A stretch of 63,999 bases of DNA, the filler included, from Jimgerdemannia flammicorona (taxonomy: Eukaryota): NCBI GenBank assembly GCA_003990765.1. It is 3 parts of 3 records of this genome, joined end to end, with 100 filler letters (N's around TTAATTAATTAA, not from the genome) between each part and the next. Parts side by side here need not be neighbours in the genome. Positions count along the whole stretch, not along the records: positions 21,452 to 42,801 come from RBNJ01001473.1; 2 more parts are not named here. The stretch is one strand, 5' to 3'. How positions within the stretch are numbered: the stretch's first letter is position 1; the number at the start of each line of letters is the position of its first letter. The notes below the pieces were generated by a model. That model saw nothing but the letters and a program-made list of their open reading frames with translations, was not told the DNA's origin and made no database searches. The position numbers were made by a program, and so were the translations under genes. Below are positions 24,401-37,300 of the stretch, piece by piece.

Positions 24401-27122
24401 TTTGGCTGTCAGAATCCAATCTATCCTTATCCCAAGACCATTCATCTAGTATGTATAGATCCTCTTTTCACCCCACCCCATACAGCCCACATTCCCTAAG
24501 GAGCCAAGGTTCTTGACCTCCTCTCAAGCATCCAGCCTACCACTCCTTCCACCTGCACTCCTCCCTCCATCTGTTCTATCCAACTCCAGATTCTACACCA
24601 TATTAAAGTCACCTCTCAGCACATCAATACCATCCTCCAAGAGTATACCCTCCTCCAAAAGCCCCTTAATCTATGCAATCCTCTCACTCCTAGCTGTAAG
24701 ACAGTAGTAAGAGCCAACTTTCACTGGCTCCCACCCAGGTCAATTCTATTCTCCCTATACCAAATGGTCTCCCCAGCTCCTGATACTCTCTAAGTCCCCT
24801 TTACCACTTCACACCAAAATTGCCACCTTATCCATCCATGCTATAGCCCCTCTCTATTCTCTAGTCCATTCCACATAGTCATCCTCATCTTCACAATATA
24901 CATCCTGTAGCAGAAAGAGATCAGCCTCCAATCCTTTAAGCCAAGTGAAAATGTTCTTGTGCCACCCAGATCCCTATAACCTATTCATATTCAGTGAGAA
25001 AATGTTAGTTATATTGTTCATAGAAAATAGTGTTTAGAAGTAAGGTCTTGCTCATCCTCTACAAATCTGCATCCCACCTCTCCTGTGCCAAGTTCAAGTT
25101 ATGCTCCACTGCCAGCCCCTCCTCTTTAGCTTTCTTTGCCTCCAATCTCTCCAGAAGTTCCACTATCTTGCCATTCTTCTTTTCCTCAAATTTCTTGCAA
25201 TACTCCAAGCAGACCTCCTGCCAAAGTTGCAAACTATACCTCTCTGTCCAACAGTAAGCAGCCTGCTCACTGGCAGCAACTGCTAGCTCAGCCTCCCTCT
25301 TCTTATCTACCTCATACTCCTCCTTCTCCAGGAAAATTGCAAGTATCTCTACCTTCAGTACCTCCACCACACCATCCCTCTGCAGAATCTACACCCAGTG
25401 CTCCTCACTCATCACCCTCAGGTCCACTTCCCCCAATTCTTCAGCTGTGAAGTTATTTATCATCTGACATATCTACAATAGATTACCCACTTCTTTTCTC
25501 CTCAGAGTCACCAGCCTTCCTACATCCAGCATCATGGTGTCAGCTCCTACACTCACAGTCTCATTCCATCTCTCCTCTGGTACATTCACCAGCTCATCCT
25601 CACCAACTGCCACTATCTGTCCCCCTTTTGCCAAATCCAGAACTTCAAAGTGGACCTGCTTGGCACCATGCATTGGTACATCCTCCTCTGCCCTGCCCTT
25701 AACAACAGGACCTTGCCTGATCAGAGGGGGAGTATCCTTCATAACAGGCTTCCAGACTTCAAATGTACCATCCTCAAATGGGTCCACCTATGGAATCTTC
25801 TCAGTCTCCTTCAGAACCCTCTCTACCACTTCTCCTCTCTTACTGGCCCAGACACTCACCTCTGTACCCCCAGCCTTCTCAATACCACCATTATTCTTCT
25901 TCACTCTCTCTTCCATACTTACCAATAGCTCTCTCTGTCTCTTATGTTCTTGAGCCCTTTCCCACTGCCTCCTGTCTGTGTGAATATGTTTATCTTCCAT
26001 AATCTCTAAATGTATTGACTCCACATATCTCTTCCAGACCTCTGCTCTCTGCTCAACAGCTCTACTCATCTCTTTCAGAGTCTCCAACAGATCCTCCTCC
26101 TCCTCCTCACTCTCTTTCATCCTTGATACCTGATAGATGAAAGCCCCCCATAGCATCACTGCTGGCCAGTCACTTGTCTTTCCAGTGTCCTCCTTTCCTG
26201 CTAGCCAAATCCTGATGTCAACATCTCCAGTCCTGATGGTGGTCCCCTCCCATATCTGAAAACCAATATCAACTACATCACTATACTCTGCCATCATCTT
26301 CTCAACCCTCCTTCTCATCTCAACTACCATTACTATAGACACCCCCTTCACTAGCAGCTGAACTACTCTGGGGTCCCACCTAAGACAGCATACCATAGAG
26401 ACCACCACTTCCCCAACCACCACTCCAGTCTTCAGAGTCTTGTCCAGTAGACCCGCCTCCTCAAAGCCCACCTCAACTCCCTCTAGACCCTTCAGGAACT
26501 TCACTGAAGTAGTCCCAGCCACCTACTTTGAGATAAGCCCCAGAACTACCCTCACCATCACTACCAAGCCCCAGAAGCACAAGGTAGCTACAAACTCTGA
26601 GATTGATTTCTTGAGTAATGGTGTTACTGCTAGCCTCATCACACTATCTACCAACCATCACATTTTTTTTTTTTTCCTGATTTCCTGTCACATTCCCATC
26701 AGCAGTCTCACTCCCAGTTACAGCACCTCCAGTCCCTATGCTCACATCCCTTGCCTGGGTACTGCTCCCCCTACCAATCCTGGCCTTGTCCTTCCCCTCA
26801 GTAGCACCAGTCCTAGCTTCAACTGGCTATCTACTCTCCTTCACCTTGTCCACAAAGCTAGGGGGACCAGGTCTTCCCTCACTTCTACCTGACACTGGTC
26901 CTTTGCCAGATCTCTCTCCACCCTTCAACCCTCTAAAGGCCCCCATCCCCAGTTCATAACCTCTCTCCACATTCTGCCAGCTGAATGCCCCAGGTCCACC
27001 TGACCCAGCATGTCCATTAGAACTCTTGCTTGATGATATTTTTATAGTACCTTTTCTCTGAGTTGTGTTGAAAACTATTGCTTGAAGTTGGTGTAACATG
27101 AATTGTACAAGAGAAAGGTGGA
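21452..27122 (-). mobile_element. L1/Tx1-like LINE copy L1b (near full-length, 3' end in the gap, degenerate)
   Basis: ORF1 remnants (GAFSWQNV, 25788..26522); ORF2 ATG at 25021 with SLNMNRL...LFLLQD; RT and C-terminal Cys/His region; 5' leader aligns with that of L1c at 28355. Confidence 0.9.
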
Positions 27123-28354
27123 GTCTGGAGGTACTGATCAATTCTCTGAACTATTATATAGAAGTAAATATTTCTTAAGGTAGTTGATATAAACTGGGGT
27201 CCTTAGGATATATTTATCTATACTTTTTATATAAATACTGATTTCTCTGATATTATATATAAGATAAGATCTTTCTCATTTGAGCTCTAATTTGGCAGCA
27301 AAGTTTATTTCAATAATACTTCTCCAGACTAGTACTTAATCTCCAATCTTAATCTTCTGATCCTTCTGCTTCTGGTTATAGTATTTCTTTTATCTTTTCT
27401 AAATTTCAATTATCTGAGCTCAGGCTTAATTATATAATTATTCTGCCTTTTTAAAGAGGTTTCTGAGATCCTTATGATCAGTAGTTCTAGTTTTCTTAGT
27501 AAATATCATCTCAAATAGCTTTTATTTGATAGAGATAATAGGGGTGTTCTAAATTTTCCATAGGATCTCAGATAAGCAGAGGTCTCAGTTGGTAGGATTA
27601 ACTTAGACAAGTTCTTTCTTAATGGTCTAGTTCATTCATTCTATTATATCATTAGTTTGAGAGTAGTATATGTAGTTTGTTTGAGGTGGATCTTATAAAT
27701 TTAGATATTACTTATTATTATATTATTGATGAATTCTATGTCTCAGTCAGAAATAAGTTCTTCTGAAGATCAATATTGAGTGTAAGGTCATAGAAGAGGC
27801 CTATAATGGTCAAAATAGCAGAAATTTTCATTGAGAAAGCTTTGGGCCATTTAGTTAGATATTTTATAAATATTAGAATATATTTGGTTTTTTTTAATAT
27901 AACTAGTAAAGGTCTAATAATATCTACTCTATATCTTTGAAAGATATTGTCTAATAGTGTAATTAGTTATAGTAGTGCTTGGTAGTTCTTCTTTCCTTAG
28001 TACTTTTAGTAGGCATCATATTTTCTGAGTATATCTCTGACTTATATTCTGAGATTAGACTAATATTGATATATTGTTTGTAGCTTTTCTTCTATATTTG
28101 TCTGTTCTTAGTAAGCTTTCTGATATTTCTTTTGAATGAGATCTTCTTATACTTTAATTGTTATAGAAGCTTTCTTTAGAGTATAGTTCTTTGGTACACC
28201 CTTCTTCTAGTATATTAAAGTTGGTAAAAAAGTATATCAATATTATTGTAAGCTTTTTCTACTTTGTAAATAATAGTGATTTTATAATCTTATAAGATAA
28301 GAATCCAGTGAGTATAAATTCTAGTAGATTTCTTACAGTTGAATAGCTATTTGA
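27123..28354 (-). pseudogene. Heavily decayed Gypsy integrase and RH-IN junction (family C-like), host of nested LINEs
   Basis: Minus-strand KVLVWRSIIEINFAAKLELK*ERSYL resembles family C KVLMYRNMVEASWSQKLEPK*EGPYL; IYTHWILIL*DYKITII matches the RH end; continues at 40134. Confidence 0.7.
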
Positions 28355-31300
28355 TAATATTTTCTCTGGTATAATTTATATTATACAAATATCTTTCAAT
28401 ATTTTTTATATAGTTTTTAGAGAAAAGATACTAGTAATATAATAATATACAGAAGTTCTAATAGATATACTGAGTTGGATAAACCTAGGGCCTTTGAGTA
28501 ATAATATGTTAGAAGGGGTTATAATATGAGGATAGGGTTTTTTAGTAGTGAGAGAGAGTAAGATAGATCTTATAAGAGTTGACTATTAGATATAGATAGA
28601 GGAGAGTAGAGGCTGATGAGTTTTGCTGATAAGATGAAGACAGAGAGTTGGTCTAAGAGTACTTAGAGCACTAAGTCTGGAGAGAGAAAAAAGGTAAGTA
28701 CTGAAAAGACTAGTGAGTCAATACTAGTAAAGTAGACATAGAGGCTGATAGGACTACTATAGAGAGCAAGAGTGTGACTACTGATAGAGGTATAATAGAA
28801 AATCTGGAAAAAAATCCAGATATAACTACTGATGAGGGGGCTGAGCAAATGAAATACACTAGAAAGAGAAATCTGATAGATGGTATAATGAGATTAGTAG
28901 TGGCCCTATTACTTAAGAAGTTAATCTCTGAATTTTTTATCACTTTATACTTCTGAGGCTAGCAGTGATGGCCAAGGTGGTCTTGGGCTTAATTATAAAT
29001 CAGATGGCTAATATAGCTTTAGAGAAGTTCTTACAAAGATTAGAGAGGGTTGAGGTAAGTTTTCAGAAGACAGGAGATCTTGAGAACTGAGTTGGTAATT
29101 AGCAAAGTAGTAGTGCTAATAGTTCAGTACTTGAGATAAGATCTAAGAGTAGTTCAGCTTCTAGTAAAAGGAGTACTCACAGTAACAATAGTTAAGATAA
29201 GGAGGAGAGTAGAGGAGGTTATAAAGAAGTTTGATAATATTATAAATATTAGGTTTTGGGTCTAGAAGAAGATCTCATTCTAAACTGAAGATGTGGATAT
29301 CCAGCTCTGACTTACTGGTAAAAGGCTACTGAGAAAACTCAGAACTGATCTTCAGTACTGATGTAGAGTACTTTTGTCTATAAGATAATAAGAGTGAAAA
29401 GTAGTGAAGAAGAGAAGAAAGATCTGCTTGAGATACTAGAGAAACTCAGTGAGGTAGAGCATTAAGTAGTAGCATGAAGAGCTTATATAGCTTTAATATA
29501 TCTAGAGATAGTTAATGAAAAATATATTTATATAGACAAGATGTTATAGAAGAAGACTCAGAAGAGGAAGTAGTAGAGAGATTTACTGATAGGTTTAAAG
29601 GAGAAGATGATGGCTAGAACTAGAAAGAGCTCAGATAGAGTGCAGAACTAAAGTTGGAGCTGAGAGAAAGAAGGAGAATATAGAAGAGAGTAAAGAGATA
29701 AGAGATTAGAGATTTTATGATAATGGTATATTCAAGGTCTGAGAGGAGGAGGAGGAGGACTATATTGTGGAGACTAATGCTCCAGTAAAGAAGGCTAGAG
29801 AGGATGTGGAGATAAGAGATATCTATAGAGTTCATTTTGAGATACCCAATATAGTAATAAGAGGGCAGGTAGTTGTAGTTGAGAAGAATGAGCTATAGGA
29901 TATTTAGGAGGAGGAGTGGGATGAGTCTGTGAGTACTTAAAGCTAATGTTATAATGCTGGAAGAGGGGAGACCTGTGGTCTCTATTGAGAAGAATATCAG
30001 TAACTTGTATTGGATAAGTATAATGATGAACAATTTAGCTATAGAGGAGCTGAGAGAAGTAGACTTGAGAATTATCAGTAAGAGTACTAGATAAGAGTTT
30101 TGTTGAGTAATAGAGTAGTGGAGAAGCTGAAGGCAGAGATATTGGAAGTAGGAAGATTATGAGGTCAATATAGTAAGAGAAGCTGAATTAACAGTAACTA
30201 CTAGGGAATATACTGCCTTCTAATAGAAGTAAAGACATTGATTACAACTTTGATAGAAGGCATGTATAGAGTATAAAGAGGAGATAGAGACTAAAAATGA
30301 TAAGGTAATTGTTGAGATACTAGCTAAATTAAAGGCTAGGAAGGTTGCAGTAGAGGAGACTATTGTAAAATGTGGTTTATACTTGGCTTGAGAGGAGATA
30401 AGTATAGAACTATAAGAGGTTAGAAATGCTATATAACATTATTTTATTATAAATAGTATAACTAACATTTTCTTACTAAATGTGAATAGTCTAAGAGACT
30501 CTGTGAGATATCAAAATATTTTTGCTTAACTGAGGAGATTAGAGGTAGATCTTTTTCTGTTGCAAGATATATACTGTGAGAGAGACTTAAATGGACAGAA
30601 GTGGGCAAAGAAATGAGATAGCATAGTGATTTAGAAGAGTAAGATAGGGATTCTAGTATAGAAAGGAAGAGGAGATCTTTATAAAATTAGAGGTTAAGGA
30701 GACTGTTTGGTTTAGAGAGAGTAGTAGAGGCCTGAGTAGAAGATAGTGATTATTGGCTCTTACTATTACCTAGCAATTAGAAGTGACAAAGTAGAGTAGA
30801 TGAATAGACTTCATAAGTATGATACATTTGCTAAGACTAGTATAGATGTATTTAGTAGAGATTTTAATATAGTGTAAAATATACTATTAGATAAGACTAA
30901 TAGAGAGAGGAGTGCTGGGGGCTATAATAGTAGTCTAGATATCTGAGAGGAAGTAAAATAGCTAAGTTCTTTGGTAGATACTAGCAGAGTGATGTGGGGG
31001 AACAGGAGAGTTTATACTTATTGGATAAATGATTTTAGAATGAGGATTAACTAGATGCTGATTACTGACTACTGAGAGATAGATATCTAAATAGATCTGA
31101 AGGTTGAGTAGTACTTATGGTCAGATCATTAGAGATTATTAGAATATGGTTGGTTTGGAGGAAGTAGGGATAGGCCTGGACATTAGTGTCTCAATTTCTT
31201 CTTACTAGTAGAGAAGAGGTTGTGGGAGGCTTGGATAAAGAACATTGGGTCCAACTAGCTCTAGTACTATTTGGGTTACATAATCTTTAGAAAGCACTTA

Positions 31301-34300
31301 TAACATTATTTTTGGAGAAAAGAGACTAGTAACATGGTAACTAACAGACAATCTGAGGTGCATACTGAGTAGGGTGGCCTGAGCATGTTTGACTGGCAGT
31401 ATGTGGGGAGGGGCCCTAGCCTGGAGAGAGATATGAGGGGGCTGCTGGCAGGAGGACATAGAAGGGAAGGGAATAGCAGTAGAGAACAGGGGTCTGGAAG
31501 AGTGAGATTTGTGGAGATGGTGAAGGAGAGACAGCAAGCATCTGGACTAGAGGAATGGCTGAGAAAAGGCAAGGAGATGGAGAAGGCAGTAATACATGAG
31601 AGAGTAGCCTTTAGCAGTGGGGGCAGTAGAGCTGGGGGTGTAGTGGCTGAGATGAACATAACAGCTAATAGTGATGAGACTGCCAATCTGAAAAAAAAAT
31701 CCAGATGTAACTGCTGATGACAGAGCTGAGTGGTTGGGGCTTAGATGGTAGGGGGATTTGGCAGATAGTATGATGGGATTGGTAGTGGTCCTATTACTCA
31801 AGAAGTTGATCTTGGAGTTTATGGTAATGCTGTGCTTCTAGGGCCTAGTAGTGACAGTGAAAATAGTGCTGGGGCTTATCACTAAGCAGGTGGCTGGAGT
31901 GGTGTCAGTGAAGTTTCTGAAGAGATTGGAGGGGTTAGAGGTGGGCTTTGAGGAGACTGGGCCTTTAGAGGAGGCGCTAAAGGCTAGACTGACTGTTGGA
32001 GAGATATGTATTCCAATGGCACATTGTCTGAGATGGGATCCAAGAATAGTACAACTGCTGGTAAAAGAAGTGTCTATGGTGACAGCAGTGGAGACAAGAA
32101 GGAGAGTCATAGAGATCATAGCTGAGTATAGAGAGGTGGTGGATATCAGATTCAGAGTCTGGGAAGGGATCTCATTCAAGACTGGGGATATTGATATGAG
32201 GATTTGGCTGGCAGAGAAGAAAGCTACCAGGAAGGTAAGAAACTGGCCTTCAGTGATGGTCTGGGGGGCAATCTTGTACAAGGTAACAAGGGTGAAGGAG
32301 AGTGAGGAGGAGAAAGAGGACTTATTGGAAGTGCTGAAAGAGCTGAGTAGTGCTGTAGAGCAGCAGGTGAAGGCTTGGAAGGCTTTTGTAGAGTCAACAC
32401 ACTTGGAGATGATGGATGAGAAGTGGATTCAAGTAGATAAGAGGCAGTGAAAAAGAGCCCAGAGATGTAAGAGGCAGAAGGAGCTACTGGCTAGGCTGGA
32501 GAGTAGACCACAGAGGGATGTAGGTGGAATTGAAGAGGCAAGGAGAGCCAAAGTGAGTGTCTGGGCTAGTGAGAGTGGAGGAATTGTAGAGAAGGGGACA
32601 GGAGAGGACAGAGAGGTGACTGGTAATGACCTATATGCAGATGGTACATTTGAGGTCTGGGAGGAGGTCTGGGAGGACTCACCTATTCCTACCCCTCTTA
32701 TCAGGTGAGGTCTGGCTTCTTGAAGCAGAGTGGTAGAGGATGTACCAATGCAGGGGGCTCAGCAAGTACAATTTGGAGTTCCAGAGGTAGCAAAAGAGAG
32801 ATAAGTGGTGGTAGTTGGAGAGGAGGAACTGGTGGATATCCTAGAGGTATGGGATGAGTCTACAAGTGTGGGGGCTGATACCATGATACTGAATAGAGGG
32901 AGGCCAGTGATGCCTAAAGGGAAGGAGGTGGGGAACCTACTTTGGATGTATAGGATGATGAATAACTTGGCAGCTGAGGAGTTGGGGGAGGTGAACTTTA
33001 GAGTAATGAGCAATGAGTATTAGGTGCAGATCTTGCCAAGGAATGGAGTGGCAGTGGTATTGAAGATAGAAATCCTTGTAGTATACCTAGAGGAGGAAGG
33101 GTATGAGGTGGATAAGGAGTAGGAGGCAGAGCTGGCAGGTGTTATTGGTGAGAGGGCCAACTACTGCTGGACCAAGCATCATGGATTGCAGCTCTGGCAG
33201 AAGGCCTGCCTGGAGTACTGAGAGGAGTTTGAGGAAAAGATATATAGGGAGATGAATGAGCTGTTGGCTGGATTGGAGGCTAAGAGGGTTGAAGAGGAGG
33301 AGGTGGCTGCAGAACACAATCTGGACATGGTACAGAAAGTGATGAATATGGAGCAGTAGAGGATGAACTTAATAATATACTGTATTTCTTTATAAATAGT
33401 ACAATTAATATTTTTTCTTTATGTGAATGGGTGGTGGGGCTCTTCTCAACATAGGAACATTTTTACTTGGCTGAAGGGATTGGATGCTGATCTCTTCTAT
33501 TTGCAGGATATCAGGTATAAGAATGATTTAGATAGGCTGGAATAGACGAAGGAATAGAGAGGTGAGGCAGTTTGGAAGGGCAAGGTTGGGATTCTGGTTT
33601 GGAAAAGCAGAGGGGAGATATATGATATAAGGAGCTAGGGAGATAGACTGGTCTGGAGAGAGTATATATATATAGGTTGAGAGTCAGTTATAGTGGGCTC
33701 TTGTTACTGCCCTGTTGTATGAGGTGAGTATGTGGATTGGATGAAGGGTCTCTAAGAGAGTGGGGTCCTTGCAGAGACCAGGGTGGATATGCTTGATGGA
33801 GACTTCAATATGGTCCAGGATGTGCTGGTGAATAGAACTAACAGAGGACAGGAAGCTAAGGGCAGGAGTGGAGGACTGGTAGCATAGGAGGAAGTGGAAG
33901 ACTGGTAGCATAGGAGGAAGTGGAAAGACTAAGTACTCTAGTAGATGCTGGCAGAGAGTGTTAGGATGATAGGAGAGTATACATACATTGGGCAGGGGGC
34001 CTGGGGATGAGAATTGACTGGATTTTGATAGTAAGCTGCTGGGGTTTGGATGTTTGGAAGTTGTTGGAGATGGAGTGGTATCCATGGTCAGATCATTAGG
34101 GGCTGTTAGGACAGAGACATTTTGGGGGGAGTGGAGATGGGCCTGGACATTAGTACCTCAATTTTTCTTTATTGGATGATAAGGTATTGTGAGATAAGTG
34201 GGCCAAGAACATTCAACTGAGAGTTGAGGGCTGGAGACAAAAAGGTGCTCCAGTTGGTGTCTAGTGGATAAGGATAAAAGAGTTAGCCAGGGTCTACTGG

Positions 34301-37300
34301 AGTGAGATTGGTAAGAAGGCTAGGAAACAGAAGAGGTGGCAGGTGAGATAGGCTTCTGTTAGACTGGCTATACTCTTGGAAGATTGGGCAGGGCTAGTAG
34401 TACTGGAGGAGAGAGAGGATTGGAAATTAATATAGGTGAAAATGGAGGTTGGGGAACTACAACAGATATTGCAGAAAGAGGAGGAGGCAAGGGTGCAGAG
34501 CTTGGCAGCACAGCTTCATTGGTAGGGTTTGGAGGAAGGAGAATGGCCCTCAAAGTATCTCATGAGGGCTCTCCAGGTGAGAAGAGTGAAGCAGTGGTGA
34601 GAGGGAGTACTAAACTCTGATAGTATACTGGTATATGGTATACAAGATATTCTTGGATCATTAAAGGAGTAATAGAGTGAACTATGGAGTGAGGAGGAGG
34701 GTGGGGCTGATGCTACTACCATTGACTAAGTACTGGAGAATTGGTACCCCCCACAGATAGAAGGGCTGGGTGATTTGGTATTGCCAGTCCAAGAGGAGGA
34801 GATATATCAGGTTCTTGCCATGATAATGCTGGATATGATATCTGGGGAGGACGGTCTGCCCTGGGACTTCTGGAAGAAGATGGTGGGAGTCTCAGAGATA
34901 TTGGGTGAGATGACAGCATTGTGTAATTTGATATTACAGTCAGGGAGATAGGTGGGAGAGCAGGATCTGGGGCTGGTGATGCTGCTTTACAAGAATAAGG
35001 GAAGGAGAGAGGACTGGAGAAATTGGCAGTCAATCATGCTGCTGGATATGGACAGAAAGTTGGTAACTAAGATGGTGGTCACAAGGCTACAGAAGGTGGC
35101 CCAGCAAGTATTGGAAGTTAAACAGAGGGGCTTTGTAGGAGGCTGGCTCATTAGGGATAGCACAGCTTGGGTACATGGAGTTATTGAAGAGGTGCAAGCT
35201 TGTGGACTGGATGGGTAACTGGTCTTTCTGGACCAGGAGAAGGTATATGACCAGGTGAGGCAAGTCTGGCTTGCAAAATTTTTGAATAGGACTGGGGTAC
35301 CACATCAGTTCCAGTCAGCAATAGTCAGCCTACTGGAAGGGAGTTGGGCTGCACTTATATATAATGGGCATAGAGGGGTGTCATTTCCCCTAGGTAGGGG
35401 GGTGCTCCAGGGGGACAACCTGTCCTCCATTCTGTATGCTCTTTTTCTAGAACCTCTAATGGATAGAATTAGGTAGAAGATAGTGGGTCTCTCAGTCTTT
35501 GAAATTGGGTGGAAAGTTGGTGCCTTTGTAGATGATATAGTGGTCAGCCTGAGATCCATTGCTGATGTAGAGGAGCTCAAGAAGATGATAGAGTGGTATA
35601 AGGAGAACTCTGGAGCTAAACTCAACTGGCATAAGTACAAAACAATGGTTTTAGGCAATGACCTGATGGGAGGGGATATTATTGGAACAATCATCCCAAC
35701 TGGAGAGGTAGTGCAGTACTTGGGTATCTATTTGTTAGTATATGGGTCAGTTCTACTGAGACTTTGGTGGGAGCAGAGAGTTGTAATCTGGGGAGAGACC
35801 CTGCAGAGTTGGGGAAGTCACCACTTGTCTCTAGTGAGACATGTCTCAATTTTGAACATCTATTGGCTACCAAAGTTGTAGTATCTGGCTTATCATATGG
35901 ACTTCTCAGCCTGAGTAGTGAAGAGACTGATGAAACTGGCCAAGAGGTGGATCTGGGCTAGAAGAAGAAGTCAGATCAGCTGAGAGGTCTTGTCCTTACC
36001 AGTGGCAAGAGGAGGACTTGGATTGGTTGACTTTCTAAAGAGGCTATGCTGCTTGAGAGTATGGTGATTAAAGAGAGCAGTGGAGTTGAGAGGGGGTGGC
36101 TGGGTCCCCCTGTTGCAGAAGGTCTGAGAGATGAGGTCCTCACCAAAAGACTCTACAGGAGATCTACTATCCTTGGTTGGGCTTTGGAACACTGAGCACT
36201 TGAGATACAAAGGCTTCTAGTGGGGGATAGCAGAGAGGGTACACTATATTGGAATATGTTGGCAGGGAAATAAAGGGGAGGTGCCTTGGGAGCCAGTAAT
36301 GTGGAGATGAGACAGAGTATTGCTGGGAGGCATCTTCTTAATTGAGTTCAATATTAGTGATGAGATTGAGTGCCAAAGGGGACCAGGCCAGGATCTGTGG
36401 CCCAGTGGATGGCAGTTAGTAGGTATTAGAGAGGAGTGGAACTAGCATGGAGTCTGGGCCTAGAGTGCTGAGGTGAGAAGATGGATGCTGCCAAAGTACT
36501 GAGTAGTCTGGTGGTACATGCTGTAGAGGAATGTAATGCTCAACTTCTACTTGGGTCACCTTATTAAGAGGGATAGCTTCAACTGTGAGGAGTGCCACAA
36601 TATAGGGCAGGAGGAGGGATATGTGTAGATGCCTGAATATTGGCTAAAAGAGTGTGAGGTACTTAGTGACTTTTAGTGAACTGTTGGGGATCACATAGGG
36701 GTAGTGTGTAGGGGGGATGGTATATGAGATTGGTGAGAGAATTTGAGAGATAGGCTGGTAGGGGGGATGGAGAAGGAGTGGCTTACCTTAGGTTGGATTT
36801 TGGCAATTTGGGTGGGGTTGGCAGGTTACTGGTTATTTGTTTTTGAGGATAGAAGGAAACTGGACTTGGGGGCCCAGCTGTTGAGATGACAAGAGCTTAT
36901 GGAAGATACTTTGATGGGCTGGTGGCTTGGTTGAGGTCTGCAGAGTAGTTGAAGACATCACTTAGTGGAGAAGATCTGTGGGGAGAGTGGGGGGAGAGTT
37001 AGAGTAATGGGTGAGAAAGTGGTCTTTATTCATAAAGATGAGGGGAGAGACTCCCCCATGGAGATTGGGTAGTGGAAGGTAATACTGTAACTATATTAAT
37101 AGACTAGTAATAAATAGCAAAGTCCAAGTGACTATAAAAAAAAAAAAAAAGAAAATTGGGTCAAAAATTGTCAGCTAGAACTACAGAGGGTCTCCTGTGG
37201 GTGTCTGCTGAGAGAAGTTGAAAGAGACTACTAAGATATATTGAGATGAGACTGACAGGTTCAAAGAAATATAGTAGAGATGGAGAGTAAAGTAGACTTT